In this document: positions 35,879 through 45,163 of the stretch, piece after piece | Position numbering within the stretch: position 1 is the stretch's first letter | How the letters are laid out: every line of letters starts with the position of its first letter | Origin: a virus | IMG/VR virus record: IMGVR_UViG_3300028800_000064 | Span: 1 to 64,000 of that record | Strand: one strand, 5' to 3' | Length of the DNA stretch: 64,000 nt | Notes under the pieces: generated by a model | The model's input: the letters and a program-made list of their open reading frames with translations, nothing else | What the model was told of the DNA's origin: nothing | The model's database searches: none | Program-made: the position numbers and the translations under genes

Positions 35879-37003
35879 ATGAGCAGCATGAAACCGCATC
35901 TATACATCAACAGCAAGGGCTACTTTGTTACCCGCCACTCATACAGCGGCAGCGATTCGTTTAACTACTGCGCGCGGAAATACTACCTAGAGCGCGTGCA
36001 GGGGTGGTCGGAGAAGGTGGTGCGGTCGGCCACATTCTTCGGCACCGCTTTGGAAAAAGCAGTGACGTTCTGGCACCAGCATCGGCAAGATACTGCCGCC
36101 GCTGTCGCGGAGTTCGTTCGCTTGTGGGCGGAACACAAAGACAAACCATACACCTACTCCAAGACCGATCTCGACTGGGACCGGCTCAACCTGACAGGTC
36201 AGGAGCTGCTGCGGCTGTACACGATCCGCTATCCCACGTTCCCTTACGTGGTCAATAACCCGCTCGATTTTCAGGTGGAGACCAACTTCGAAGTGTTCCC
36301 CGGCACCAAGCTGGCAGGCATCGAATTCACTTCGTACATCGATCTTGTCGCCCAGATGAAAGACAAATTCGAACCGATCATCATCGATATGAAAACGTCG
36401 GGCAAGGATGTACCCGAGTTCACAGTGTTGGACCCGCAGTTGCGAAGTTACTCCTGGGTGAAGAGCTGGCCGAATGTGGCGTTCTTGTGGTTCCGGAAGA
36501 TGGGTCGCACGATCTCCAAGGGGGATACTGTGACGTTCCTGGAGCCGTATGCCGATCTGCAGCCGGGCGATAACGCGATTGTTTTGGCGACAGATGATTT
36601 CGGCATCTGGGTCACGCAAAACCAACGAGTGGTGGATGAGATCGATGCTCAGTTTAAGGGGGAAAGCAAAGCTGTGAAGGCGGCGCGGCAAGCGTACATC
36701 GAAGCCAACTCAAGTCACGCACCTGAGCGGGTCATCACCAAGCAGAGAGTGCAGTTCAAAATGGCGGTCATCACTCCCGAGAGCGCCGAAGATATAGGTC
36801 GGTCGATCAAGAGGGATATCGTCAACATCGTTGGGGCCAACGAAAAGGAATTCTGGCCGATGCAATCGGGTGTTAGGTTCCCGAACGAAAAGTGCCCGAA
36901 CTGCGCGATGCGCGGAATCTGTGCTGGCAAACCGGAGCTGCGGGACACGCTCCTAGTTCGAAAGCAACTGGATGAGTTTGACTTTGGCAAGGAAAGCGAG
37001 TAG
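35879..37003 (+). CDS. PD-(D/E)XK exonuclease, RecB/AddB/Cas4-like with Fe-S cysteines
   Basis: SYS...CARKYYL, IDLV, IIDMKT, QLRSY, CPNCAMRGIC. Confidence 0.85.
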   Translation: MSSMKPHLYINSKGYFVTRHSYSGSDSFNYCARKYYLERVQGWSEKVVRSATFFGTALEKAVTFWHQHRQDTAAAVAEFVRLWAEHKDKPYTYSKTDLDWDRLNLTGQELLRLYTIRYPTFPYVVNNPLDFQVETNFEVFPGTKLAGIEFTSYIDLVAQMKDKFEPIIIDMKTSGKDVPEFTVLDPQLRSYSWVKSWPNVAFLWFRKMGRTISKGDTVTFLEPYADLQPGDNAIVLATDDFGIWVTQNQRVVDEIDAQFKGESKAVKAARQAYIEANSSHAPERVITKQRVQFKMAVITPESAEDIGRSIKRDIVNIVGANEKEFWPMQSGVRFPNEKCPNCAMRGICAGKPELRDTLLVRKQLDEFDFGKESE

Positions 37004-37011
37004 AATACACC

Positions 37012-37395
37012 ATGCCTAAGCGGATCGTGGACGGGGACGCCCTCTGGCTCTCCGAAAAAGTGCGCAGCTTGCCAGAAGAGTTTCGCCTTCACTACGCCAA
37101 TTGGATTCCTTTGGCGCGGGAGAACGGCGTCTTCGAAGCGAGTCCGCAACGCATACAGGCCCAAGTTTACAGTTATCTTAGGCCAAATTTCACTGTAGCA
37201 AGCGTGCAGCGCGTGCTTAACGCACTGGTACGCGCCGGGCTCGTACGGCTGTACGACGCCGACGGCAAAACTTGGGGATATTTTGTCGGAATGGATAAAC
37301 CCGGTAGGTTGCCTGAATTGAGATACATAGAGCGGTATAAGAACCTGCCGCCCAACCCACCCCAATGGGTCATTAACGGGACTGATCCGGAGTAG
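37012..37395 (+). CDS. replication initiator N-terminal (winged helix)-like protein
   Basis: MPKRIVDGDALWLSEKV...L..LVRAGLVRLY resembles phage replisome-organiser N-termini. Confidence 0.6.
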   Translation: MPKRIVDGDALWLSEKVRSLPEEFRLHYANWIPLARENGVFEASPQRIQAQVYSYLRPNFTVASVQRVLNALVRAGLVRLYDADGKTWGYFVGMDKPGRLPELRYIERYKNLPPNPPQWVINGTDPE

Positions 37396-37470
37396 TCCGG
37401 ACTACTCCGTAATACTCGCCGAGGGTTTGGTTTGGTCTGGATAGGGATTAGGTTTAGGATTAGGTTTAGG
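37386..37470. repeat. palindrome, 10-bp periodic repeats and TTAGG tract (candidate origin)
   Basis: Perfect 22-bp palindrome 37388-37409; G-rich GG-repeat tract 37423-37470. Confidence 0.6.
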
Positions 37471-37486
37471 AGCCGGAGGCCCAGAG

Positions 37487-38119
37487 ATGCTCATCAAGAC
37501 ACTTCCCAAAATCGCGGCCAGGGTATTAAAAAATACCTGGGGTGTGCTGCCGCAAATGAAACCACGGCTGGAGCTGGTGGAGGAAGCCTACGGCGCGGCG
37601 GCGGTGGAAAAGGACTTCGAACAATGGTGCGAGGAAGTCAAAGACATCAACCCTCGATTCCCTGTGCCCGAGTACTTGAAGTTGATCGATTCCCGGCTGG
37701 GGTCTGTGCCGAAGGAGGATGAGCGTGATCCTCGGGTCGAGGAGATATCTGCGCTGACGTACAAACTCACGCGCCGCCCTGCGCCCCCGAAAAACGTGCG
37801 AGAGCTGCTGTCCCAATACTCGCTGGAAGAGATTGCGTCCGCGTTGCAGGAATATGTGGAAGGGATCGAAGATCGGGAGTTGGCGTACGCGGCGAGAACT
37901 TTTTTTGTGGACGGCGGGTGTACTGCAGTGATTATTTCGCGGCGACAGCGTGAGGCCGACCGGCAGAAGCAAATTCACAAAGATGCGGAGGAGAAACGTC
38001 TGATCGCAGCTTTGGTGGAGAAAGAGCGGTTGAAAAGCGAGGAAGAGGATCGGCTTCTGGAAGAAAGCGCGAATGAACCGAAGCCCACTGCGGCGCAATT
38101 GTTTGGGGAACCGCTATGA
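37487..38119 (+). CDS. hypothetical replication-associated protein
   Basis: GGAGG RBS; coupled to the primase-helicase gene. Confidence 0.65.
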   Translation: MLIKTLPKIAARVLKNTWGVLPQMKPRLELVEEAYGAAAVEKDFEQWCEEVKDINPRFPVPEYLKLIDSRLGSVPKEDERDPRVEEISALTYKLTRRPAPPKNVRELLSQYSLEEIASALQEYVEGIEDRELAYAARTFFVDGGCTAVIISRRQREADRQKQIHKDAEEKRLIAALVEKERLKSEEEDRLLEESANEPKPTAAQLFGEPL

Positions 38120-40146
38120 CAAAATTTTCAAACGAAGACCTGACTCGTTGGAAAAAAGAAATTAACGCGGGTCCAGTCATCGCTTCGCGGATGACGTTGC
38201 GCCGCGAGAACGCGGAATATGTGGGGTTGTGTCCGTTTCATGAAGAAAAAAATCCCTCGTTCAAAGTGTATAGACTGGACGACGGGTGCTGGGGCTTTAA
38301 GTGTTTCGGTTGCGGAGCCAACGGAAATGTTTTTCAATTCATTCAGAAAAAAGATGGCATTTCCTTCACCGAAGCTGTAGCAAAAGTTTTGGAGCTGGCT
38401 GGTGTGACAGGATGGGAGAGCGGCAAGGTTCAGGTCGATCAAACGTTTGGGAAAATACTGGACAACACGAAAGACCTCGTGACGTTTCCCATCGAGAACT
38501 ATACCCAGTCGGAGAAAGCTTTGCATGAGTCTGCAGCCGGGCAAAAATGGCTGACGGATCGCGGGATCACCATGGACGCGGCGCGCCGACTGCATCTGGG
38601 ATTCATCCAAGATGCGACCATCGTGGCGGGTACGAATCACCCATGGGCCAAACGCGGCTGGATCATGTTTCCAACTTTGTCCGACGACGGTCACACGGTG
38701 ATTTCGGTGAAGTACCGGAGTCTGGTAGGCAAGAAAGAGATGCTGGATCAAAAGTCAGTCTCCGGCATTCTGCGCGCGAAGGATACCGCCACGGTGCTTT
38801 ACAATCTTCGCGAAGTGAATCCGATGGAAGACGTGTGGGTTGTGGAGGGGGAGCCCGATACGCTGGTTATCTCTCAGATGGGTTTTCCTTGCGTGGGATA
38901 CCCGAGCGGCCAATACAATCCCACGGCGGAAGAGCGGGACGTGCTGATGAAGTCCAAGCGCAGGTTTCTAGCGGGAGACACTGACGAAGTAGGCGCAGCG
39001 GCCATGGATAAACTTTGGAAGGAGCTGCGAGAAAACACTTTTCGTATCCACTGGCCGAGTGGGTGCAAAGATGCCAACGACACCTTGTTGAAAGAATGTG
39101 GCGGAGACCTCGCGAAATTCGCAGAGTTGCTGGATCAACTGAAAACGAAAGCTCTTTCGCAACCGATTCCAGATTACTACGACATGATGGAGTCTTTGGA
39201 GGGCTGCGACGACACGAACCCGATGGATAATCCGCGCCGATTACATTGTCGCACGAAGGAAGTGGATGAAATGGCCGTCACGCTTCCTGGCAACGTGGTG
39301 AGCGTGTTTGCCAGCTATACAGGCAGCGGGAAAACGACGTGGTTGTTGGATGAGATTGAGTTATACGAGGCGATGCAGTTCGGTTCGGTTGTGGTGAACT
39401 ATTCGGCGGAGTTGTCGGTGCAGGAGCTGGCTACTCTGGTGGCCGCCAATCTGACCAACACGGATCGGTTGCAGATCGGAAAAGTGCAGTACAAAAAAGC
39501 TGCCGCAAAACTGCAAGCCGCTCATGCGCGTTTCTACGTGGGATATAATCCCGATTTGAATCGCATTGGGATGGTGCTGGACTCGCTGGAGTGGGCGATC
39601 CGGAGACTTGGCGCGAATATCATCGTGCTGGATCACTTGCATTTCTTGTGTCGCGGCGAGAAGGACGATATCAAAGCGCAAGCCGATGCGATGCAGCGGA
39701 TCAAGAACATCACCCGCAAGTACGATGTGATTTTCATCGTGGTGGGGCAGAGCCGGAAACCCGCGCAAGGGAATCGCGGCAAATCTTCGGAACAATGGGA
39801 CGCAAAGGGCAGCGAAACGTTCACCTCAGACGCTACCACTACGTATCACATTCATCGGGCGCGCAAGAGCGACATTGACTGGGAGCATCCAGACACATGG
39901 CCTGCGGATATCTTGGAGAACCGAACCGAAATTCGTCTCGATAAGTGTAGAACCAAGGGGCCTGGAAAAGCAGTGGCGTTGCAGTGGTTTGCTGGCAATG
40001 TCGGAAAGTTTTTGCCTTATACGAATCAGACACCGGATACGCCGCCTGTTCAGCACCCGGCGAATTCCGCAGCTCAAGGCCAGTTCGCGGAGGAGGATTT
40101 CCACTCCGACGAACCGCCAATTGTGAGGGACTTCGATGTCCGTTAA
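38116..40146 (+). CDS. primase-helicase (CHC2 Zn finger, TOPRIM, SF4 helicase)
   Basis: CPFHEEKNPSF...CFGC; VVEGEPD, DTD; GSGKTT, LDHLH. Confidence 0.93.
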   Translation: MTKFSNEDLTRWKKEINAGPVIASRMTLRRENAEYVGLCPFHEEKNPSFKVYRLDDGCWGFKCFGCGANGNVFQFIQKKDGISFTEAVAKVLELAGVTGWESGKVQVDQTFGKILDNTKDLVTFPIENYTQSEKALHESAAGQKWLTDRGITMDAARRLHLGFIQDATIVAGTNHPWAKRGWIMFPTLSDDGHTVISVKYRSLVGKKEMLDQKSVSGILRAKDTATVLYNLREVNPMEDVWVVEGEPDTLVISQMGFPCVGYPSGQYNPTAEERDVLMKSKRRFLAGDTDEVGAAAMDKLWKELRENTFRIHWPSGCKDANDTLLKECGGDLAKFAELLDQLKTKALSQPIPDYYDMMESLEGCDDTNPMDNPRRLHCRTKEVDEMAVTLPGNVVSVFASYTGSGKTTWLLDEIELYEAMQFGSVVVNYSAELSVQELATLVAANLTNTDRLQIGKVQYKKAAAKLQAAHARFYVGYNPDLNRIGMVLDSLEWAIRRLGANIIVLDHLHFLCRGEKDDIKAQADAMQRIKNITRKYDVIFIVVGQSRKPAQGNRGKSSEQWDAKGSETFTSDATTTYHIHRARKSDIDWEHPDTWPADILENRTEIRLDKCRTKGPGKAVALQWFAGNVGKFLPYTNQTPDTPPVQHPANSAAQGQFAEEDFHSDEPPIVRDFDVR

Positions 40147-40456
40147 AGTCGTGAAGGTGAATCAAAGACGGGATAATTTCACGGTGTATATCGGGAGAGA
40201 GTGGTCGGACGTTTTTCTCCAATCTCCATTTCACAACCCGTTTCATATAGGGCGGGATGGAGATCGGGCGGAAGTGATCCAAAAATTCGTAGCTTACTGG
40301 TATGCGCCTGAACAAGCGCATTTGCGCCGGTATGCGTTGGATCGAATTACCGAAAACGACGTGTTGGGTTGCTGGTGCGCCCCTCTGCCGTGCCACGGAG
40401 AAATTATTGCAGGCTATATCAAGTGGAAACGCCAGGAGACGCGACTATGGTGGTAA
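40136..40456 (+). CDS. DUF4326-like protein
   Basis: VYIGR...NPF...LGCWCAPLPCHGE. Confidence 0.85.
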   Translation: MSVKVVKVNQRRDNFTVYIGREWSDVFLQSPFHNPFHIGRDGDRAEVIQKFVAYWYAPEQAHLRRYALDRITENDVLGCWCAPLPCHGEIIAGYIKWKRQETRLWW

Positions 40457-40698
40457 AAGAACCTACAGACCCAGCTTTGCGTTACACCTCGCCGGAGAAT
40501 CGCGGTGTTTGCGGTTTCTGTGGCGCAGAAGAGGGCGGCTACGCCAAACGGGACGAGAGCGGAAACTGGCAAGCGTCCTGTTGGGCTTGCGTGCGGCCAG
40601 CGGCTGCGAGTGCCCCGCAACCTAAACGGCGGTTGATCGGATCGCTGGCGAACAACGCGGTGGTGGTTTCGGACGATGCAGAGCGAGTGGTGCGATAG
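40447..40698 (+). CDS. small Zn-finger protein
   Basis: CGFC...CWAC; AGGAG RBS. Confidence 0.55.
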   Translation: MVVKEPTDPALRYTSPENRGVCGFCGAEEGGYAKRDESGNWQASCWACVRPAAASAPQPKRRLIGSLANNAVVVSDDAERVVR

Positions 40699-40706
40699 GA
40701 GAATCC

Positions 40707-41351
40707 ATGTCTACAGACAGTTCTATCCAGCATGCTTGCGGAGACGACGCGCTCCGGCTGGTAACCAAGCAAGCTGCGGAGATGGCCAGTGCGGAGGATC
40801 AATGCGAGCGCGGATACGCCCATCTCGGCTGGCTGTTGCTTGAGGTTTCGGAGATGCAATACTGGAAAGTGCAGTACGACACGTTCCGCGAATATCTGAA
40901 AAGCGTAGCCGAAGTCTCGAAGAAAACCCCCGGTCAGCTGCAGCAATATTTTCTCACTGTCCGTGACCTGAGTGACACGTTTAAGCCCGCCCAGTTGGAG
41001 AGCATGGGGATCACCAAGGCAATTAAGCTGAGGGCGGCTAAAGACTACGCTATCGTGTTGCCAGCCTCTGTGGTGAAGGCAGCCCTTGATCCAGCAGTTA
41101 CGGTGAGAGAACTCAAGAAAGTGATCTCAGAGACTCTCAAGATGCCTGATGAGGAAGGTGACTGGATGGATTTGGAGATGGAGTTTATGGTGACTCCGGA
41201 ACAGCGGGCTCTGTTTGAACAGGCCATCGACGTGGCGATGCACACGGACCCGTTGACGAAGTCAACCATCTCGCGGTCGGCGCAGATGCTGGACGTGATG
41301 ACCAAGTTTGCGCAGGAATTTTTGGGCGCGCATAGTGGAGACGGGCAATGA
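40707..41351 (+). CDS. hypothetical protein
   Basis: AGGAG RBS, 214 aa. Confidence 0.7.
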   Translation: MSTDSSIQHACGDDALRLVTKQAAEMASAEDQCERGYAHLGWLLLEVSEMQYWKVQYDTFREYLKSVAEVSKKTPGQLQQYFLTVRDLSDTFKPAQLESMGITKAIKLRAAKDYAIVLPASVVKAALDPAVTVRELKKVISETLKMPDEEGDWMDLEMEFMVTPEQRALFEQAIDVAMHTDPLTKSTISRSAQMLDVMTKFAQEFLGAHSGDGQ

Positions 41352-41704
41352 GAACTCCTGGACGAATGGAATGGGTTGAATTGGCTCCTGGTGAACTGCG
41401 AATCGTTCGAATTTTTCGTAACAAAAAAGACGCCCTTATCGAACAGTATGTGACCCACTGTTTCATTGTCCAAGTGCTATATCGTGAAGCTGTCGGAGCC
41501 ATTCGGTATCAAATTTGGCTGCGGTCTCGCGGCGAATGCGAACTTTGCGCCGCGCCGATCACTGAGGCGTCGGGGCATATGCATGAGAAACAACACCGGG
41601 GCCGAGGCGGAGAAATCTCGCTCGATAATTCTGTTTTCATTTGTCAGAGATGTCACCAGCGCGCACATGCGGATCGAAACCCGCGATGGTCAGAAAAGTC
41701 TTGA
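41348..41704 (+). CDS. HNH endonuclease-like protein
   Basis: CELC...HMHE...RGRGG...N...CQRCH..AH. Confidence 0.75.
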   Translation: MRTPGRMEWVELAPGELRIVRIFRNKKDALIEQYVTHCFIVQVLYREAVGAIRYQIWLRSRGECELCAAPITEASGHMHEKQHRGRGGEISLDNSVFICQRCHQRAHADRNPRWSEKS

Positions 41705-41822
41705 CAGATTTGAGTTTTTCTGGCAGGATACTGACTGAGAGCAACACCCCGAGACATCGGGTTTCCCTACGGAGGCGGGTCGTTTGAGCAGACGGCCCGC
41801 TCAAATTCTTGCAGGAGGAGTT

Positions 41823-42251
41823 ATGGGACACAATGTCGGAGTAGCCGCAGATCGAGCGGTCAAGAACAGCGAGCGCGTCAAGCCAGTTTCCCAGCGCACA
41901 CCAGAAGAACGGCTGGCGAACATTCGGAATTTGCTAGCGGCAGGCCTGGCGGTGCCGCCTGTCGAGCAAAAGTTTCTGTTGGCGCAATACGATAGTATTC
42001 AGGCAACGCTCGTGCAAAACACGAGAGTGCTTGAATTGGCCCGCGCGACGGTGGAACTTGCCCATGAGGAGATCGAGAGTCTCAAGGCCCAGATTGCGCA
42101 GTTTCGCACGGTGTATGAACAGGAAAACAGCAGCACCACGTTCAAACTGGAGCGAGTGCCGGTAAATGAACTCATTTTGGAGACCTCAGAGGGCCAGTTG
42201 ATTCGGTTTGAGGGCGAGGGTGGCGCGGTTCCGGCGGAGCCGATTGCGTAA
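41823..42251 (+). CDS. coiled-coil hypothetical protein
   Basis: AGGAGG RBS. Confidence 0.65.
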   Translation: MGHNVGVAADRAVKNSERVKPVSQRTPEERLANIRNLLAAGLAVPPVEQKFLLAQYDSIQATLVQNTRVLELARATVELAHEEIESLKAQIAQFRTVYEQENSSTTFKLERVPVNELILETSEGQLIRFEGEGGAVPAEPIA

Positions 42252-42679
42252 TGACGCGCTTCGAATCATTTTTGCGTCGGTACCTCCAGTTCAAAGAAAT
42301 CGGCTGGACGGAGATCGGCGAGAAGTTCACACGGTATGCTTTGTGCCGCACGCCGTGGTTCAACATCTATCTGCACCAGCTCTACGCGCCGAACTGGCAC
42401 CCAGAGTGCCACGATCACCCCTGGGGTTTCATTGCCATCTTGATTCGGCGCGGGTATTTGGAGCGGGTGGGAGACAAGAATTACCGCCGCAAGGTTGGGT
42501 CGGTTCTGTTTCGCCCGGCCACCTTCACGCACAATGTGATTACGCCGTACGGCACCTCGTGGTCGATCATTTTCACGACACCGAAGAGCCGTGACTGGGG
42601 ATTCAAGCCCTGCGACCACCATTTGTCGCCATTAAATCCAGACACGTATAGGGGAATATACACCCATGCTCCGAGATAA
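42251..42679 (+). CDS. cupin-fold protein
   Basis: IYLH...HDHPW...GYLE...HNV. Confidence 0.7.
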   Translation: MTRFESFLRRYLQFKEIGWTEIGEKFTRYALCRTPWFNIYLHQLYAPNWHPECHDHPWGFIAILIRRGYLERVGDKNYRRKVGSVLFRPATFTHNVITPYGTSWSIIFTTPKSRDWGFKPCDHHLSPLNPDTYRGIYTHAPR

Positions 42680-43067
42680 AGACGGCAACAGGTTGTTTCG
42701 CAAGGTAACTGTACGGATCGTTTATCCGGATTCGATCTTTCCGACAAAGACGCTCATCCAGCACGCGGGCGCGCGGCAGGGTTTTGGTCCCGAAGGGGTC
42801 GATCAGATTTTGAATGGCATTGCGGACCAGCTTGAAACTTTGTATCCGTGGTGGGAGTTCCAGGTTGTTGAACTGACTCCCGAACACCGGACGGCGCGGT
42901 ACGTGTTCACTTTCGCAGGTTACCGCGCAGGTTATGTGCCGCAAGATTTTGGAGCTGCGGTTGCTCCAGGAATTAACCCACAAAGCAGCAGTACGCTCGA
43001 CCTTGGGACGGCGGAAAGTACCACACCGGCAGAGGAAATGACCGAAGCCGGGAACACACTGTCGTAA
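42666..43067 (+). CDS. hypothetical protein
   Basis: Overlapping operon gene. Confidence 0.6.
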   Translation: MLRDKDGNRLFRKVTVRIVYPDSIFPTKTLIQHAGARQGFGPEGVDQILNGIADQLETLYPWWEFQVVELTPEHRTARYVFTFAGYRAGYVPQDFGAAVAPGINPQSSSTLDLGTAESTTPAEEMTEAGNTLS

Positions 43068-43101
43068 CCGCTGTCCCGAGAGCGAGTGCCTGGAGGAAGA
43101 A

Positions 43102-43269
43102 ATGGCCCACGCGATGTACGAGGTTTGGGAAGACCCGATAGGGGATGACGATAAATCCCCGTGGTGCGCGCAGATGGTGAACTATGCGCCTCGTTTTCCC
43201 ACAAGGAAAGCTGCGGAAGACTACGCGGCGACGATCCGGAGGAATCGCGAGAAGGCCGGGCTCAAGTAA
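43102..43269 (+). CDS. small hypothetical protein (55 aa), absent from ORF track
   Basis: GGAGG RBS, MAHAMYEVWED...KAGLK*, read by hand. Confidence 0.6.
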   Translation: MAHAMYEVWEDPIGDDDKSPWCAQMVNYAPRFPTRKAAEDYAATIRRNREKAGLK

Positions 43270-43447
43270 GTTTGAATGGCTCGCGCCAGCCGCAGACCAG
43301 AGGCCCGCACTTGCACGCAAGGCAGGTTGTCACGAACGGTTCCCAGCATAAAGTGAAACAACAGGTCCATTCCGCGCCGCAAACGCCGCAGACATGAGGC
43401 TGGCTCCACGATTCTTCAATCTTGTCCGATTTCTTAGGCGCGGCCAT
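43262..43447 (-). CDS. 61-aa Cys-rich protein (9 Cys), probably leaderless
   Basis: Minus-strand TTGACT-N18-TACTAT promoter ends 6 nt before the ATG. Confidence 0.6.
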   Translation of the reverse strand: MAAPKKSDKIEESWSQPHVCGVCGAEWTCCFTLCWEPFVTTCLACKCGPLVCGWREPFKLT

Positions 43448-43453
43448 GTTGAG

Positions 43454-43500
43454 ATAGTAGCAGAAAAGGCTTGACGAAGTCAACAGGAGTCTGATACCAT
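43454..43500. promoter_or_regulatory. divergent overlapping sigma70 promoters
   Basis: Plus: TTGACG-N18-TACCAT; minus: TTGACT-N18-TACTAT; both with TGn extension. Confidence 0.7.
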
Positions 43501-43507
43501 GACAAAC

Positions 43508-43975
43508 ATGAGCGACGAGATCAAAGTTGTATACCGAGATGTTGAGATTACGTACGTTGAATACTCCAATACATGGAGTTTCGAACTGCGCGGGCGGGAG
43601 AAAAACGTTCCATCGTTGCAAGCGGCCAAAGAGGAGATTGATAAGCCGGAACCAGAGAAAAAGAAACCTTTCGTCAGGACCGAAGCATATATGTTCATTT
43701 CGGAGTTTTTCGATCCTGAGCGGTTGAACTCTTTTGAGAAGGTTCGCGTCACTTCGATAGCGGATACCGGTGTTGGCGTTCGAAAAAAAATGTGGGTGAT
43801 CCGAGCGAACGGGCGGCGGGAGCAAGTATGCGCGAGCGAATTGTTCATTATAAACCCGTCGAACCTAGAAATCATGCACGAGTATCATGTCGAGGCGAAG
43901 CATATCAACCGCCTGCGTAACGAACAGGACATGCGGCTGAAAAGTCTGACGCGGATTGAGATTCCCAATGAGTGA
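43508..43975 (+). CDS. hypothetical protein, probably leaderless
   Basis: ATG 7 nt after the -10 box; ATG 43499 overlaps the -10. Confidence 0.65.
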   Translation: MSDEIKVVYRDVEITYVEYSNTWSFELRGREKNVPSLQAAKEEIDKPEPEKKKPFVRTEAYMFISEFFDPERLNSFEKVRVTSIADTGVGVRKKMWVIRANGRREQVCASELFIINPSNLEIMHEYHVEAKHINRLRNEQDMRLKSLTRIEIPNE

Positions 43976-44477
43976 GCCATGCACGGCCATTGCGATCACA
44001 CTGGACCCCGCACACGAAGGCGGGTTTCAGGATAACCCGAACGACCGCGCCAATTGGACTGGCGGCCAGGTCGGGGTGGGGCAGCTCGTCGGGACCAAAT
44101 ACGGAATCACCGCTTTGGATATGCCTGGGACCGACATCAAGAATTTGACGGTCGAGCAGGCCACGGCGTACTATTTGGAACACTACTGGAAGCCGCTCTA
44201 CGCTCAGATCGAATCCCAGGCGATTGCGAATAAGCTTTTTGACATGGGCGTGTTGTTCGGGGTGGGCACGGCAGTGAAAAGGCTCCAGGAAGCTCTCGGG
44301 ATTTCCGCCGACGGGGTTTTTGGACAAGGAACCTTGGAAGCGACGAATAGTATCCTCCCTTTTGTTTTGTTGGGGCGATTTAATCAAGAACTGCGTAATC
44401 ACGCGATCTGTGTTGCTGCATCCAACCCATATGATGCCCATGATCTAGCAGGATGGCTGCGAAGAATCGATTCGTAA
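43968..44477 (+). CDS. endolysin, glycosyl hydrolase family 108
   Basis: HEGGFQDNPND...TKYGIT...Y...YW...LFDMGV...GWLRR. Confidence 0.9.
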   Translation: MSEPCTAIAITLDPAHEGGFQDNPNDRANWTGGQVGVGQLVGTKYGITALDMPGTDIKNLTVEQATAYYLEHYWKPLYAQIESQAIANKLFDMGVLFGVGTAVKRLQEALGISADGVFGQGTLEATNSILPFVLLGRFNQELRNHAICVAASNPYDAHDLAGWLRRIDS

Positions 44478-44595
44478 AAAGGACTTTTCAAAGCATGCAT
44501 AGAAGGACAAATTTGACCGAGTCGGCGCGGGACAAGGCTCATCGCATCATTGGAGCCAATCAAATAAATACGCCGACATCCAGAATTGAGGGGCC

Positions 44596-44802
44596 ATGGC
44601 TGGGATACCGCGACTCTATACGTTTAAGTGCAAGCACGGGCATTTAATGGATCGCGAGTTTCCCCCAGGAACCTGCGAAGATGACGAAGACGAAACGGTA
44701 TGCGAGGATTGTCTCAAAAATCATGCAGTGCAACCCGCGTACGTTGTGTTCATTCGGTCCAAGCCCAGTGGAGAAAAACTGAATGGCCGCACAAACTCAT
44801 AA
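44596..44802 (+). CDS. small Zn-ribbon protein
   Basis: YTFKCKHGH...CEDC. Confidence 0.6.
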   Translation: MAGIPRLYTFKCKHGHLMDREFPPGTCEDDEDETVCEDCLKNHAVQPAYVVFIRSKPSGEKLNGRTNS

Positions 44803-45085
44803 GTACTACTGCCACTATTGCCGCCGATATCTGATTGACGGCAGCGTGGCAGCTCTCTCGAAGCGCGTAAACGGGCACAACAACGACATGCACCCGGCAG
44901 ATTACGCAAACTGGACCCCCGAGACTATTTTGTTGTCCGCGCACTACGTTTCCCCCTCGACCGGTGACGAGACTATGGCTCCGATTGTTAAAGCTGCGGA
45001 AGGATGGGGTAGGAAGCCACCTGAGCCGAAGATCACCGATGCAGATCGGGCGTTCCTTGCGAAAGGCGGAGTGCGATGGGATTGA
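44783..45085 (+). CDS. small Zn-finger protein
   Basis: CHYC...H...H. Confidence 0.6.
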   Translation: MAAQTHKYYCHYCRRYLIDGSVAALSKRVNGHNNDMHPADYANWTPETILLSAHYVSPSTGDETMAPIVKAAEGWGRKPPEPKITDADRAFLAKGGVRWD

Positions 45086-45163
45086 AATTGTTCCTGGTGT
45101 GGATCGGAATCGTGTTGGCCGGTGGTCTCGTTGATCGCTGGTGCGCGATTTGGAGGAACTGGG

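Noticed and set aside
35879-37003. CRISPR-Cas system
   Set aside because: Only a solo Cas4/RecB-like nuclease; I saw no repeat-spacer array or other cas genes.
37393-37444. TAG read-through or genome-wide stop recoding
   Set aside because: The two flanking ORFs are in different frames, conserved genes elsewhere are intact under the standard code, and no suppressor tRNA is present.
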